A DNA stretch of 64,000 nt from Takakia lepidozioides. Lineage: Eukaryota > Plantae > Bryophyta. The translations under genes and the position numbers were made by a program. The stretch is from NCBI GenBank assembly GCA_030704615.1, contig CM060732.1:74152001-74216000 (forward strand). The letters run 5' to 3'. The notes below the pieces were generated by a model. The model saw only the letters and a list, made by a program, of their open reading frames with translations. It ran no database searches and was not told the origin of the DNA. This document shows positions 1 through 13,832 of this stretch, piece after piece (position 1 is the first letter of the stretch; each line of letters begins with the position of its first letter).

Positions 1-740
1 CATCCCTCTTGGGCTACATCTTCTACTCGGATCTTGCCAGTTCCAGTGTCTTCTGCCCGGCCCCCCCCCATTCCTCCCTTTCCCTCCCTCTCTCTTCTAC
101 CCCCTCCTCCTCCATTTTCAGATCTTCTACAGTTCAGCCCTGTCCATGCAGCAAAAAAAAAAAAAAGACCCCTCTGACCCAATGCATCTTGAAGCAAACT
201 TTCTCGTGTCTACCCCCGCTGGCCCTTTGAAACAACCCTCCCCTCCTCACCCCTACTTCTGGGCCAATAGCCTCCTCCCTATTGACAAAAGAGTTAAGTT
301 TAATTGCCTGTACCCAAGGCCATCAAATGAGACTATTATCCGGATTATAAGTTTAATAGCATATCATACGGCTATTATCCGATATGCTCAGCATGATAGT
401 CATGATTGCTGAATTGGAATTTTCGTGTGGACCGAATGCTCCGCAAACTTCGCGCACATCTGCAATCAAAATGACTTAGCCGCATTCCAATATGTTTTCT
501 CTAAGCTAAATTCCATTTTTAGGTTTCCACTTTAAATTTGGCTTCCATGAGTACTCTGATGATCATTTGTAGCATATCTGCTATACTAAGCCACCGCTAT
601 TAAATTTTTACTTAGCTATGGCAGCTCGAGCTGCCTTTCTCGAAGTGCTCTTCTGTTTGAATATATCTCTCTAATCCCCAGCACTGATAGGAACGCCTTG
701 CTTATCACTAGCCCACATAGTTCGCTTCAGCAGGTACACC

Positions 741-2486
741 ATGGCGCTTAGAATCTCCATCGATTTTGACAACGATTCCACAACTGCTATTGACAACTCG
801 CAGCATCCCCACTTCAACACATCTGACGCATACATCAGGGCGGAGCCCCAACTTCCACGGCTTGTCGTGCAGCCTTGTGACGAGCAGCAGGTGCTTATAA
901 CGATTCCCCAGCAAATCAAGGCACATTCAGAAAACAATCGACCAAACAATGACTACCTTTTGTGTGAGGCAGAAACAAGCAGCAATGCATAATATCCTAC
1001 GGGCTATCTAACAGAGGAAGAAGAAGCATTCCAAGAATTTTGTGCAGAAAACGCCCCAGAGTCTGAGCCAGGTTGGAGATCGCCCTCCCCTTCTCGAAAG
1101 GCAGAATCATCAGGTACTATTCCTAGTGGTCTTCCAAAAAAGTACGGATTATACAACACTACGCACTACTTTCAACTTGAAGATTATCACCTGGGCGAAC
1201 AGTCTCAACCTCAAGAAGAGTTTCACGGAAGTGCTCAATCTGGCCAAGTGAGCATAATTCAGCCCACACAGCCTACACTTGGCTGTGATGTGGAGCTTAC
1301 AGCGTTAGACAGTTTGTGGTATGATCGTTTTGAGGTTGTCGTAGATGCCTCGATTGAAGCCCTATTTAGCATATTAACATCTAATGCTCAAACTGTGCGA
1401 ACGAGTGGCCCAACAGTAACTTCACCGCTAGCTATTGTTACAAAGATTGTTGACAAACGTCTTCATATACAGCTGCCACTAGCAGAAATCAAGTGTGCAT
1501 TGCTCAGAGGTTATTCCCTCTATTGGCGACAACTTGGACTATTGCAAGAACTCTGCTTTGGGGAATAGGACGGTGCTCTTACCCACACTGGTCCACATAT
1601 CAAGATCAACAAATTATGGATTGATGTCTTTATACATGGCCAGGGCACCTTTTTGTTGCGATTCCTACGATTTGGACAGGCACGACCATCCACACTGGAA
1701 TACAAACATATCTTCTCAGGACTATCTACTTCACAAGCCAAAGCATTGGAAGGGGACCTGGTCATACTCCCGGCTGTCAAATTTGAAGATGAGAAAGTTT
1801 ACAGACTTCAGGCAGGTACTTGGCTGGATGGCATGGCTACTGGCGCTATCCTGGTTTGTGAATGGGGTACACACCCCATCATTCGTGGATTTTTGGATTA
1901 AAGAACCCAGAGTCTGGCACATGTTTGCTGCATCTGCCTACACTAGCGAAACACACGAGCTCATCAAGGTTACATACCTACAGGAATGGAGATCCCCCAA
2001 ACTCTTTGTTGGAGATAATCACACATGGTCCCTATCTGCCGAAATTACGACGACAACGCCAGGAGGCAATATAATCCTACAACTCTGAACTACAGGTGGG
2101 ATCTTTTCCTTCTAAAATCTGCAGCCTTACATGATGGCTCATTGACTGCCCAACTCATGACTGGACCTGATCCTGCCTCCAGTCATCTACTGTACTTTAC
2201 ACTTGGCTGTTGGGACCCTGGTGGATGTCGATTGCTTCCAAATTGGCCATTTTGCAACCTTCCAGGTTGGGGATGGTGGACAATCTATGTGACGAAGACT
2301 CTTTGTTGGACTGGCGGTGACTTTCAGCTGCCCTTGAGTCTGGAATGCCCTACGGGAGGTTGGTGTGGAGTAACTTCGGAGGTGCACCTCCTTCCCGCCT
2401 GGTTTGGCAACACCAAAGTGTTGCCTCCCTTTGATCATTTTCCAGAGGTACTCTCACTAGCTACCCACCAAAACCCCTTGCATTAG
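741..2486 (+). pseudogene. Decayed ~580-codon intronless reading frame of unknown product
   Basis: ORFs at 741, 1248, 1653 and 2025 share one frame. 993-1247 and 1569-1652 are open in that frame, with single stops at 990-992, 1566-1568 and 1899-1901 and a probable local frameshift at ~1900-2080. No family recognised. Confidence 0.45.
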
Positions 2487-2764
2487 TCACTACATCTTAA
2501 TGTTGTCCCCCCTTCTCTATAATTCTACTGTTGCATATTGCCCGTGTAGTCAGCCTGCTTTTGATTTCTTGCAATCAATCCAAGTTCTACTAACCCCAAT
2601 CGATATACGCAAACATGATACTATCCAACAATGGCACATCTTACGCATATATATCCCCTTCAAAAGCCACAAGATGGCCATAATCCAAATTACCCCAGCC
2701 CCATTTGCTGAAAACACAGGTGACGGTATCCTCTCACACAAAAGCACCCCTTACAACAGCCACA

Positions 2765-3060
2765 CACTACTACGTTTAGGGGGGTTAGCGACGTCGGGAC
2801 CCCGGGCGCCGCGCCGACCCCCCCCTGCGACTGCAACGTCGCGCAAGCACCCGGCCCGGGACTTGCGACGTCGGGGCGTCGCAACGCTGGCGCTCGGACG
2901 TCGTTGTGGCATCTTATGATGCCATGCCGTCGCCGGAAAGGGGCCTGACCCATTCCCCGCCAACGCGCTGGGGGGTTGCGATGCCCCGGGATGCTGCGAC
3001 GTCGGGGAATCGCAACGAGGCGTCGCAGCGACGCTTTTGCGACGGCCGCGTCTATTATAG
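2765..3060. mobile_element. CACTA (En/Spm) terminus with GC-rich subterminal repeats
   Basis: Starts CACTACTACG at 2765, followed by many direct and inverted GCGACG/CGTCGC motifs typical of CACTA subterminal regions. No matching second end found. Confidence 0.65.
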
Positions 3061-3911
3061 CACGTCTGGTTGCTCAAGTTCTCAAGGAATGATCTAAGTG
3101 TTGAAAGAATGTACTCATAAGAGTGCCAGTGTGTTGATTGACAGAACTGAGTTTGGTACCTCTAACCACTTCTTGGTTTGGACTAAGATCTGTTGGGTTT
3201 GGGTTTGTTGATTTTCACTATAAGCTAACATTGTATCCCTAGGACGGCCCTGTCTGGCCAGGTCTAAGTCCATCAAGGGGTTTAGTAGAGGGTTAAACTC
3301 ATTTTACTTCAGAAGTTGTTGGGTGTGATCATTGTATCCCTAGGACTGCATGTGTGGTAGAAGGAGCTGTGCCTGAAATTACTGCTTTGCTAGAACAAAA
3401 GTGGGACCAATATTTTTGTACAGGTGAACATGTTGTAGTCATGGTTGCCAACGTTTGATGAATATGTGTCTGGTTGGTGTGATCACCCAATATGGATTGA
3501 TAGGTAAGGTGCTTGATGTTGTGCTCAAATATTGGCAGGTTGGAAAAAAACTTGCTGGAACATGTTGTCTTATGTATTTTGGTCTATATGGCAGGAAGCG
3601 AGTGTAGCGTATTCTGCCATAGTCGAAAAGGTGGATGCAATGGAAAAACAAGTCGAGGCTCAAGGGTATGATATGATGCAGGTCTAGTGACATCTGGCAT
3701 GAATGGTTCTGGTGTCACTGTATCAAAAAGATTGGCGGAGCGGTTTGAGACCGTAATTGGCGATCAATCTCAACTCTCCCCTAACCCTATCACCGATGAT
3801 GGTTTGCATTTGTCCAAGTAATTCGCCATAGGGAAGGCAGGCACTGAGACAGCAATTTCGAGTCAGCCTGCCTCTGGTACAAATGAAGCTACTGATCATG
3901 ACACCCATGAT

Positions 3912-4447
3912 ATGTCTGAGAAGCCTGGTACACCGGATTCAGGTATGCATGATTCCTTGGGGAATTCACATGGGGAGGATGGGACAGATGTACACATGGC
4001 TACGACATTTCAATTGGTTGTCCATCCCACTGGGGCTGATATGTTGAAGCCAGATGAGCGTTTACAGTCTCCCCCACCTCACAAGCACTTGCTAGTTTTG
4101 GATGTGAATGGATTGCTCTGTGAATCCATTCATGTTGCTAGTGGTCCAACAACTGTTCCCAAAGGATTTGTGGGGAAGTTGTGTGGGAAAAAAATGGTAG
4201 TTTTGAGACCCGGCTGTATTTTTTTTTTGCAAAAGTGTTTTGCACACCTTGAGATGGCAGTGTGGTCTTGCTGCAAAGCTCACAACTTCATTCCGATGGT
4301 TGACTTTATTTTCAAAGGGCACACTAATCTTATTTTCCAGTGGGATGCCCTTTACTGTGAAGAGCTTAGTGACCCATTGGCTAAGGGGGCTGATGCAAAG
4401 CCCATATATTTGAAGAACCTATCAAGAGTGTGGGCAGAGTGGGCAGA
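3912..4447 (+). pseudogene. FCP1/NIF-like HAD phosphatase domain gene, truncated by Gypsy insertion (probably CACTA cargo)
   Basis: KHLLVLDVNGLL (DxNG variant of HAD motif I), LRPGCIFFLQKCFAHLEMAVWS, KPIYLKNLSRVW. The likely C-terminal remnant GYLLNVLWPFLER resumes just after 14375. Confidence 0.7.
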
Positions 4448-5811
4448 ATGCAAGGAGGAGTGTTTTTGCATTGCATCAAAGAGGTGGAGAGCTCAAGGAG
4501 AGAGCTCTTGAGTTACTAGACTTTGCATAGGTGGAGAGCTTAAGGAGAGAGCTCTTGTATCACAAAGCTTGCATGGTTTTGCAAGGTAAGTGCTTGTATG
4601 TGCACTAAGGGTTTGAGAGCTTGGAAAAGAGCTCTTGCATCACAAGAGAAGCGTCTTGTGTGTGGAAAAGATAAACACTAGGGTTTCAAGAGCAAGCTCT
4701 AGTACTTGTTCATGGTGTGAAAGAGAAGCCAAAGAGCGGCACATGCTTGGGTTGGAAACATCATAGAATGAGTACAACAAGGGTAGCTTGAGGAGCATTG
4801 AGTAGCTCAAGAGAAGCTAAGAAGTGGTTGTTCTATCCATGGTGAAATGAAGCCAAGTGGGGTTTCATTTGGTTGACAAACAAGCAAGCGAAGGCGGCGC
4901 TAGAAGGGAGTGTTTTTGCTAGTTCTATGAGTTCTTGGATTGTTCTTGGTGAAGCAAGTGATTGACCAAGCAAGTGGCGCATGTGTGGAGCATGCTTTCC
5001 AAGTGTGGCTTCCAATTCAAGCTTGAGGAGAGCTAGAAGGTGAAGTGAGCAAGTTCATTCCTTGTGTATGAGGTGGTGCATGTTGTGGAAGAAAAGCCAA
5101 GGAGCTACATAGGCTAGGGCTTGAAGACAACAAAAGCAACCACTTGGAGAGCATCAAGAAGCTCAAGATGACTCCAAAGGGAAGCATGTGGGTGAGAATT
5201 CTATCCATGATGATGTGAAACCAAGCCTAGAGTATTGAAGAGCTTGGAGCACATGTGGGAGATCATTGGAGGTGGTCTCCATGAAGAAAGGAGATTGTGG
5301 CTCACGGCATGCATAGCAACTTCGACCATACATTAGCATGTGACAAGACAAGGAAGGGGAAGGTGAAGCTCATGTATTCATTCCCTTTTTGCTTAGGTTT
5401 TGTGGTGGATGGTTGATCAAGCAAGTGATGCTTATGTGGAGCATGCTCTTTAGGGCTTGTGACTTCAAGTTTGAGAAGATGAGCTCTTGAATAGAGGTGT
5501 GGATACACATTATGATTAATGAAGAGAACACCTAGGTCAAGAGGTGGAAGTGTGTGTGACTAGCCCATGCAAGGGAAAGCACGCGGAAGATGCATACAAA
5601 ATTCAAATTCAAGCAAGGCTTGGCGCTTGTCATTGGGCACATTAGCTTGCTATGAGTTCCAAGGAGATCAAGAGGAACTTGACAATTTGGGATGAATGCA
5701 TTGCAAAGTAAGATAATGCAATCTTGCATGCATGTTGGGGGGGAAGATACCATGAAGAAGGTGTTTCTTACTATACTCTACAAACCCTAGTCTCCATACT
5801 CTTCAAGAAAC

Positions 5812-5945
5812 TGTGTATGGGCTCCCTCTGCCCAACATACACTTTTGTGAACACTGTATGGGCCCCCTCTGCCCAACATACGTTTTTGTGAACAATGTAG
5901 GGCTCCCTCTGCCCCACCATACACTTTTGTGAACAGTGTATGGAT
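5812..5945. repeat. ~40-bp tandem repeat (~3.3 copies) in the Gypsy 5' region
   Basis: Unit approximately TGTATGGGCTCCCTCTGCCCAACATACACTTTTGTGAACA. Degenerate TTGGAGGACTAT-type repeats follow at ~6010-6360. Confidence 0.85.
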
Positions 5946-8900
5946 ACAAGTGGAGAGACTTTGCCTACCATATGTTTTCATCAAAAGTGTATGACATCTA
6001 GGGTGTATCTGGAGGAGTATTGTCTTTGGAGGTTCTTTGGAGGGTCCTTTGAGGAGCTTTTGTAAGACACTTGAAGAGCTCTTGAAGGGGTGTTTGGAGG
6101 ACTATTTGGAGGACTATTGGGGATCCTTGAAGACCAATATTTGGCAAACATTTGGAGCTTTGGAGGGCTATTTGGAGGACTATTTTGGGGTCCTTGGAGG
6201 CTAATATTTGGCGAGCTTAAGGAGTCTTTGGCAACTTGTTTGAAGAATTTTTGGGGTTCTTGAGGGCCAAGATTTGGCAGGCTTTGGGGGCCTTAGTGAG
6301 ATTGTTTGAGAGACATCTTGAGGGCTCTTGGAGAGTTATTTGAGAGACCCTGGAAGGTAATTATGTCTGTTGGTCATGAGCAAGAGCGTTTAGAGATAGG
6401 GAGAGACTAGTGGGATGAGAGCATTCTGGGATTAGGAATTGCTTTAGTCTCTCTTCCTCGTAGTCTTCCACCCTCTATGTAGGCCAAAACCTTTCCGTAG
6501 GTGGAGGCAAGAGGCAGTCCGGGTTTGGGCTGGGGTGTCTTTGCAGGAGCGACACTGTGGAGTGTTTTTTTGGGTGTGGGGGAGTTACTGTCTTGATTTT
6601 CTTGTGTTTGGATTCCCCCCACACCTGCATGTTTGACTGTGCGCCATGTCAGTTTTGTGTGGGCGCTTGTTTTCATAGGAGGTTGGTCCGGATTTGATAA
6701 TCGGCCAATCTTAGAGCATACTGTCGGTGGTGAGGCTGGGGTGATGACCAGTTAGACCATCATTGTTTCTCTTATGGTGAGGCTGGGCAAGCAGCAGTGG
6801 GACGTCAAGTGGAACAGGAGCTGGGAAGTCCACCCAAGATCCTGCTGCAGCACCAAGACCCGTGCCTGCCTTTAATCCAGTTGTGGAGTTCTTTGAGGAG
6901 TTGAGGAGAAACTACCAAGGGATGAGCTTGCAAAAGTTCCAACGAAGGTCTACTCAGAGTTTGAGGGAGGCTTACACTCGCATGAGGCGCTTGATAAATG
7001 TAACCCAAGGAGTTACAGAAGCTCAGGCAGTCCAGATTTGGTATGGGATCTTGGACAAGGAGCTGAGGAGAAGGGTGCAGGATGCAACTCTCCTACAAGT
7101 GGACCAACCCACCTTAGCAAATGATTTTTTGCTGGCAGAGCGGATAGAGCTCAATATGGTGGAGGAGCGAGTGGTCATGGTGGGGTTTGGTCAGGAAACA
7201 CAATGAAGTGGGGCTCCTAGCCAACAACAACCACTACCCCAACGTGCTCAAGGCAACAAGGGGGCTCAGGCGAAGCCCAGGGAAGGGCCGAGAGGATCTC
7301 AATTGCAGAGGTCATTTCCTTCATTCTAAGGCCAACAACAGTCGGGTGTGACATGTTGGGATTGTAGAGGACCCCATGTTAAGAAAGATTGTCCAGAAAG
7401 AGGCAAAGGGCCGGCACAGGCAGAGCCTACACAACTACAATGTGGGCATTATGGCAAGTATGGGCATGAAGAGGCCCATTGTTATGACTTGCATCCTGAG
7501 CTACGGCCAGGCCAGTTCCAAGGGAACAATGATGGCCGAGGACGAGGCAATGTAGTCCAGAGAGGTAGAGGAGGCAGAGGTCGGGGTGGAGGACGTAACC
7601 AAAACCAAGGAGCACATGGTCAGGGTCAAGGTCATGACCAAGGCATGATGGATAGACTTGCCTAGCTAGAGCAATGTCTTGCTGCCATGGCCACTACTCA
7701 TGTTGCGCTAGCTCCAAGGCTTGAGGTTCAAGCCCCAACTGCACAACCTCCTATGCCTAGGGAAGACCAGATTGGTATGGGCTTCATGTGTGGAGCCGCA
7801 CTTGCAGGACCATTGCATGTGGACTCTGCAGCTGCTATCACTCGAGCAGCAATGCGTGCTCCTGAGCCAAGAGGAGCGGATGTGGATTTTGATCCACAAA
7901 GAAGGGAAGCAAGTCGGCAGACAAGGCTTCCATAGTCTTTCACATTGGCTGAGACAGTGCCAACTATGCCATCGATGGCACCCGCTCGCCCAAGTGTGTC
8001 AGAAGTAGAGCCACGAGTGTCATTGGGGAGAGTTGGTGTGGCTCGGGAAATGCCAGTGGGTGGTGCAACAAAGCAAGGTGCAGCCAGTACATTGTTGGGG
8101 GCGGCTACGGCAATTTTCCAAGCTCCATTGTTTTCTGCCACGACAATTGCAATGTCGGGGATGCGGCCAGCTGCAGTGTTTAGACTGGCAGCTGCACTCT
8201 GTGATAGTGGTGATGCATCGGCACTATCTGCGGGAATAGCGGATCAGGTGCAGTGCATGGATGCATTAGATTCAAGGGTGAAAATAGCCACAGCTGCGCC
8301 ATGGCAAGCGGCAGCTGCAAGGTTGCAGGAATTGCCAGCTAGACCAGCCATTGAGCGTAGTATGGTGACTCCTGGGGTAGTCCTGGTGGACAATCAAGAT
8401 GGTGTGTTTCAGTTGGGTGGCCCAGTCGGGAGGAGGTATAGGCCACTGCGGGTCTTGTTGGACTCGGGAGCACAGGCATTGATGTTGAGGAGAGCAGCAA
8501 TTGCAGGCTTGGGCCTTACAGAGGCGGATTTGGAGCCTTGTCATTTCCAAATTCAAACATCTTTGGGCGGTTTAGAGAAGGCACGAGGGATTACACGCCA
8601 TGAGCTCTTCATTCGATTGCAGCCAGATCATCCTACAGATGGCTCGTCATGAGAGCTAAAGCCATTGTTACGGACGCGATGTCTTATGATGTGCTTGTTG
8701 GTGGGGTTGTGTTATACCCGATGGGCTTTACTTTGGACTTTTGGGAGGAAACGACATCCTACAGGCCGGAATGGCAGTCAGGGGATGGTCGACGTGCACT
8801 GCTCCCAGTGCGGTTTATTGGGAATGTAGCGGTGGATCATAGGAACATGATGCCCACATTGGCTGCATTCTTAGGGGTGGTGAGCTCTTGGAGGGCAATA

Positions 8901-9159
8901 GCCATGCAGATGATAGGCCACCACCTGATGAGGACAAACAATTGGCATACAAGGCTGATTTGCTTCCTCATATGTTTGTTCATATTCCACTGTGGGGTAC
9001 AGTTAGGAATTTGCATCGAGTAGCAGGCGAGTGTGTGCCAAGCATGGCAGGAGGCCTATCCATTGGTGAGTGAGGGGAGTTCAGTGACATCACCTGGACC
9101 TCCTCAGTTAGCTCTTTGGATACAGTGCCCATTACCTGGCAACCACCTGACTCAGGGAT

Positions 9160-10085
9160 TTGTTTGCTAGACCTGTTTGGAGGCATGAGCACTGGGCTTG
9201 CAGGAGTGTTGCAAGCTGGGATTAAAGTACGCAAGTACTTGTATGTGGAGAAGGATGAGATAGCTTGACGTATTTCTATGCGCCACATCGCCTTGCTCAC
9301 ACACCGGTATCCTGAGTTGTTGCCTCTCTCAACAATTCAAGGGTATCAAAAGGCCTTGCCAGTAGACATTACCTTGCTGGGGGCGGATGATTTGGACCGG
9401 CATGGTGCCATTGACTGGTGATAGCTGGATGGCCTTGCCAAGACACTCTCCCGCAGGTCATAGGAACGGCTTGCATGATGCACGATCGCATTTGTTTTGG
9501 GAGATGTTGAGAGTGTTGCGTGACTTGCAGACGAGGCAAGTGCAACCTCTAGCCTATATCTTGGAGAATGTTCCTCTTATGGGGGACTCTCGGGCAGGGT
9601 TATGGCCAGTGTGCATCAGGTGCGGTCTTGGATTGGATCGGCGGTGCTATTGGATGCAGCAGCGGTGGGATCACGAGCGCATCGACCTCGATTGTGGTGG
9701 ATCAATCTTGCACCACCAGAGCTGCTCAAAAGAGCATACGATTCCATTCAACGGCCACCCAATCTCACAGTTGAGGGCATTTTGGACCAAGGGAGGCAAC
9801 CACAGAGGGTGCGACATGATGACCGTCCACCTCTAGCAGTGGTAAATCGAGTGGGGCAGCCACGTGCGGCCTTGCCTACGCTCATGAGCTTTCCCTCGTC
9901 TCATGTTTTTGAGACAATGGTCCTGGGTTGATTTGGGACAGTGTGACAATTGGTGGAGCCCAATGCAGATGAGCGAGAGCGGGCAATGAGATTTGCCACG
10001 GGCACTACAGCTGTGCCAGCTCTGTCAGAGGCATCACGCCGATATGTGTTGGGTCAAGCAATGGATCTAAATTGCTTGACATGGG
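9160..10085 (+). pseudogene. C5 cytosine DNA methyltransferase domain inside Gypsy pol (frameshifted)
   Basis: Motifs in canonical order: I LDLFGGMSTG; II YVEKDE; III DI; IV VIAGWPCQ (IAGWPCQ = 9421-9441); V DARSHLFWE; VI ILENVP; VIII GSRAHRPRLWW; IX EPNADERERAM; X LGQAMD. Confidence 0.9.
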
Positions 10086-13000
10086 TCATTGGCTTGTGCA
10101 TGGCTGAGCAACGGAGGTTGCAGATAGTGGTGGCTACTTCTGCACTCCCATTTGGTATTGTATCCCCTCTGCCAACCGGGACGGTTGAGGCAGTGAGTGG
10201 GGGCGAGCACAGGATCATGGGTGCAAACACCCATGGCAGATGTGGGATGAGATGCGGAAAGAGAGATTCATTGGATCTCTCAAGCAGCAATATGAGGAGT
10301 GGGGAGAGCCATACACTGAGGATCAGTTGGAGGCCAAGGTGCCAATGTTTTTGAAGAGGTTGAGAATGTTTCTTCCCCAGAAGATGTTCTCAAGGTGGTT
10401 ATGGCAGAGCAAGTGGAGGCTACGCCACAGTCAGATTGGGCGGACAAGGCCCAAGAGGTTGCTATCTAGCAACCAAAGGATTCGTCTCCTACCTCAAGCC
10501 TGATGTACCCAAGGTTGCAGTCACTGAGGACAATTGGAACCAGATGTTGGACCTACAGTCACCGGAGGAGAGAGACGGAGGATCCAGCGATTTCTAAGGG
10601 CTTATAGAAATTGCTTTGCCTTCGGTTTGAAGGATTTGGGCGGTTTGAAGGGTCAGGAGATTCGTATTGATTTGGCAAGTGACACGCCAATCTTTCGAAG
10701 GCCCTACCGGTATAGTGACATGGAGAGGTCATTGATCCAGTCACGGACTATGGAGTTGTTCGAAGCTGGATTGGTGGAGTTGTCAGGCGGGGAGTATGCC
10801 TCGGCAACGGTGATGCCAGCTAAGAAGGATCTATGGCAATTGGACAGAAAGAAGGATGTGTGGGGACTATCGTCCTGTGAACCATCAGACTAAGTCCGAT
10901 AGATATGCCATGCCAACTCCAGAGGAAATCTTTGATGCCATTGGGCATGCAAAGGTGTTTAGAACATTGGACTTGCGATCCGGTTACCACCAGTTGCCAA
11001 TCAAAGAGGCTGACAAGCAAAATATGACATTCTGGGGGATTGACCAACATGGGAAGGATTGCTGATACCAATGGCGCTTCCTACCGTTTGGGTTGAAGAG
11101 TTTCAGAGGGTTATGGATAGGATTCTCGCGGGGCTAGACTTTGCCCGGTGTTACATTGATGACATCATCGTCTTTAGTGCTACGGTTGAGGAGCATGAGA
11201 GACACCTTCAGGTGGTGTTTGAGCGCTTGAGAGCGCATGGGTTGAAATTGCATCCTGGGAAGTGCAAGTTCTTCCACAACCAAATTGAGTATCTGGGCCA
11301 CATGATATACCCTGGAGGATTGGGTGTTCAAAAGACGAAGGTGGAGGCCATTGCACGCATTCCACGCCCATAGATGTTAGCAGAGTTCGTGCTTTCATGG
11401 GTTGGCAAACTACTATCGACGGTTTGTCAAGGGATTTAGCAGCATTGCAAAGGCTCTTACTAAGTTGACCAAGGTGGGTCAGGAGTAGCAGTGGGAGAAG
11501 GAGCAGGAGGAAGCTTTTGAGGAACTCAAGGCTCGATTGACTTCTGCACCTATTCTGAGGCGGCCTATTCGGGGGCGGCCTTTCCAGCTACATACGGATT
11601 GGAGTATGCTGGGGATTGGAGCAGTGCTTACATAGGTGGATGATGAGGGAAAAGAGTTCGTAGTGGCATATGCTAGCCGCTCAAACAATGATGCCGAGGC
11701 GAAGTATAGTTCCTATGAAGGGGAGTGTCTAGCTGCGGTATGGGCAGTGGCACATTTCAGATGCTACCTCTATGACAATCTCTTCACCCTTGTCACGGAT
11801 CACCAACCATTGAAGTGGTTGATGGAGTCAGACAAGCTTACAGGGAAGCTTGCACGTGGGCACTTATGCTTCAAGAATACGACTTTCAGGTGGGCATCGA
11901 GCCGGTATTGTCAATCGGGATGCAGATGGATTGAGTCGTAATCCATGCACAAGCAAACATGATGATACTGGAGTTCGGTGGCATGGTGAGACAGATCAGG
12001 AGATGGTGCCAAGATGACATGCAATTGTCTTTTTGTGCATCCTAGCAATGGGAGCTCAAGCTGGTCCATCCCATAGCATTGGTCATGTACATGGTATGCA
12101 TGACGATCCGGTGATCAGTGAGGAGCTTGGTGGTACTGAGGATGTGCATGAAGATGCAGCGGTGTTGGCCTACCTTTGTACTAGAGAGACAGCAGCCAGT
12201 GTGACTGCTAAGGAGAGATCGGATCCTACAACGAGCCAAGAGGTTCAAGTGGGAGGGGACTCCCCTACTCCGAGTATGGGAGGATGGACGAGTGAGGATT
12301 GTGCCTCATCCAACATAACGAGCGCGATTGGTACGCCATGAGGAGTTGGGACATTTTGGGGTGCGGCGTACTCATAGTTTGTTGCAAGGACAATACTGGT
12401 GGCGGGGCATGCACACGAATGTGCAACAGTTAGTGGCAAGATGCATGGTGTGTGATAGAGTGCGAGCTTCTTTCAATGCACCTACTCCACAATTACATCC
12501 TTAACCCATTATGGGTTTGGGCCATCGTTGGAGTCTTGACTTCGCAGGCCCATTGCCACTAACGATTCGCCATAACAAGTAGGTGCTGGTGATGGTGGAA
12601 CATTTCTCCAAGTGGATTGAACTGGTGGCATTGCCTGACAAGGCAAGTGAGGTGACTGCGTATGCATTCTTAGATCGAATGCTTAGCCAATTTGGTGCTC
12701 TAGCCGAGGTACTCAGGGGAGAGAGTTCTTGGGGGAGTTTCAGGCTTTGTGTGAGCAAGCCTTGATAGATCACCGCACTACTTCTCAGGATCATCCCGAG
12801 GCTGATGGCCTGGCAGAGAGGGTTGTACAAACAGTCAAGCGAGGCTTGCGCAGGTATGGCTTGCAGAAGGGACACTAGGAGATTGGGACCTTCAGCTACC
12901 TTGGTTGGCCATGGGCTACAGGTTTAGCAAATAAGCATCACTTGCCTTGTTCTCGCCTTATTTCCTTCTCTTTGGCCAAGAGCCAGATTTGTCTGCATCT

Positions 13001-13832
13001 ATTCGTATGGAGACTACAGTAGTTCTCAACCTTGATGATTCGGATGTGTGGACACAAGCATGTGTCCAGAGGACAAAGTTGTTCAAGAGAGTCATGCCTA
13101 TGGCTTTTGAGAACCTTGCTATTGCCCAACACCGAAACACATTGAGATACGTCACTATACGTGGAGGGGGATATCGGCCAAGTGTTCGGCGTTTCCACCC
13201 TGGGGACTATGTGTATCTGCAGCAGACAGCGCCTACGACTTTGTATGTCACAGCAGGGCATGTGATTCTAAGGGTCTGGGAGGTGTTGCCTTCAGGAGTG
13301 TTGATTCTGGAGGGTCGAGATGGCATGGTATGGAAGGACCATGTGCGCAATTGTGCGCCATGTCACCTTCCATATGTGGATGGGATGATAGATCCCAACC
13401 TTGCAGTGATACCTACAGGGTTGCGTTGCATGCTATGTGGGCATGCTGGTGGTGCCGCGACCATGTTGGTGTGTGACAAATGCTCAAGGGGGTGGCACAT
13501 GGATGTTTGACACCGCCACTTGAGGAGGTTCCTAGTGGAGAATGGTTATGTCCATGATGCCTTGGACATAGGTAGTGGGCATGACAATGGTGGAATTGAC
13601 AAGTGATCCAAGGTCTAGCTGATGGGACCTCAACGCCATGGATACTTAATTGAAGATCATGGATTGCAGGAAGACGAGTAACGATGGGGCTACTTTTGTA
13701 CCCGGCCTCTTGATCTATTGACTTTAGATACTGGGACATGTGCGATTGAAGGCCAAACGATGATTTTATTGAGATGGATTCTTGTCAGCTAACCGGTGTT
13801 AGAGGGACCTAATCACCAGCTAGGGGGGCGAT

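Noticed and set aside
1-300. LINE 3' end at the window start
   Set aside because: Pyrimidine-rich sequence plus an A run is suggestive, but similarity to the 17900-18081 tail is too weak to support.
2690-3097. Arg/Pro-rich ORFs on both strands
   Set aside because: Artefacts of GC-rich CACTA subterminal repeats.
4448-5800. 5' LTR of the first Gypsy
   Set aside because: No similarity to 13833-14375 and no PBS seen; treated as internal 5' region.
9160-10085. Host DRM/CMT/MET1 gene or bacterial contamination
   Set aside because: The domain is intronless, non-permuted, lacks BAH/chromo/UBA domains, and is collinear with pol in two copies.
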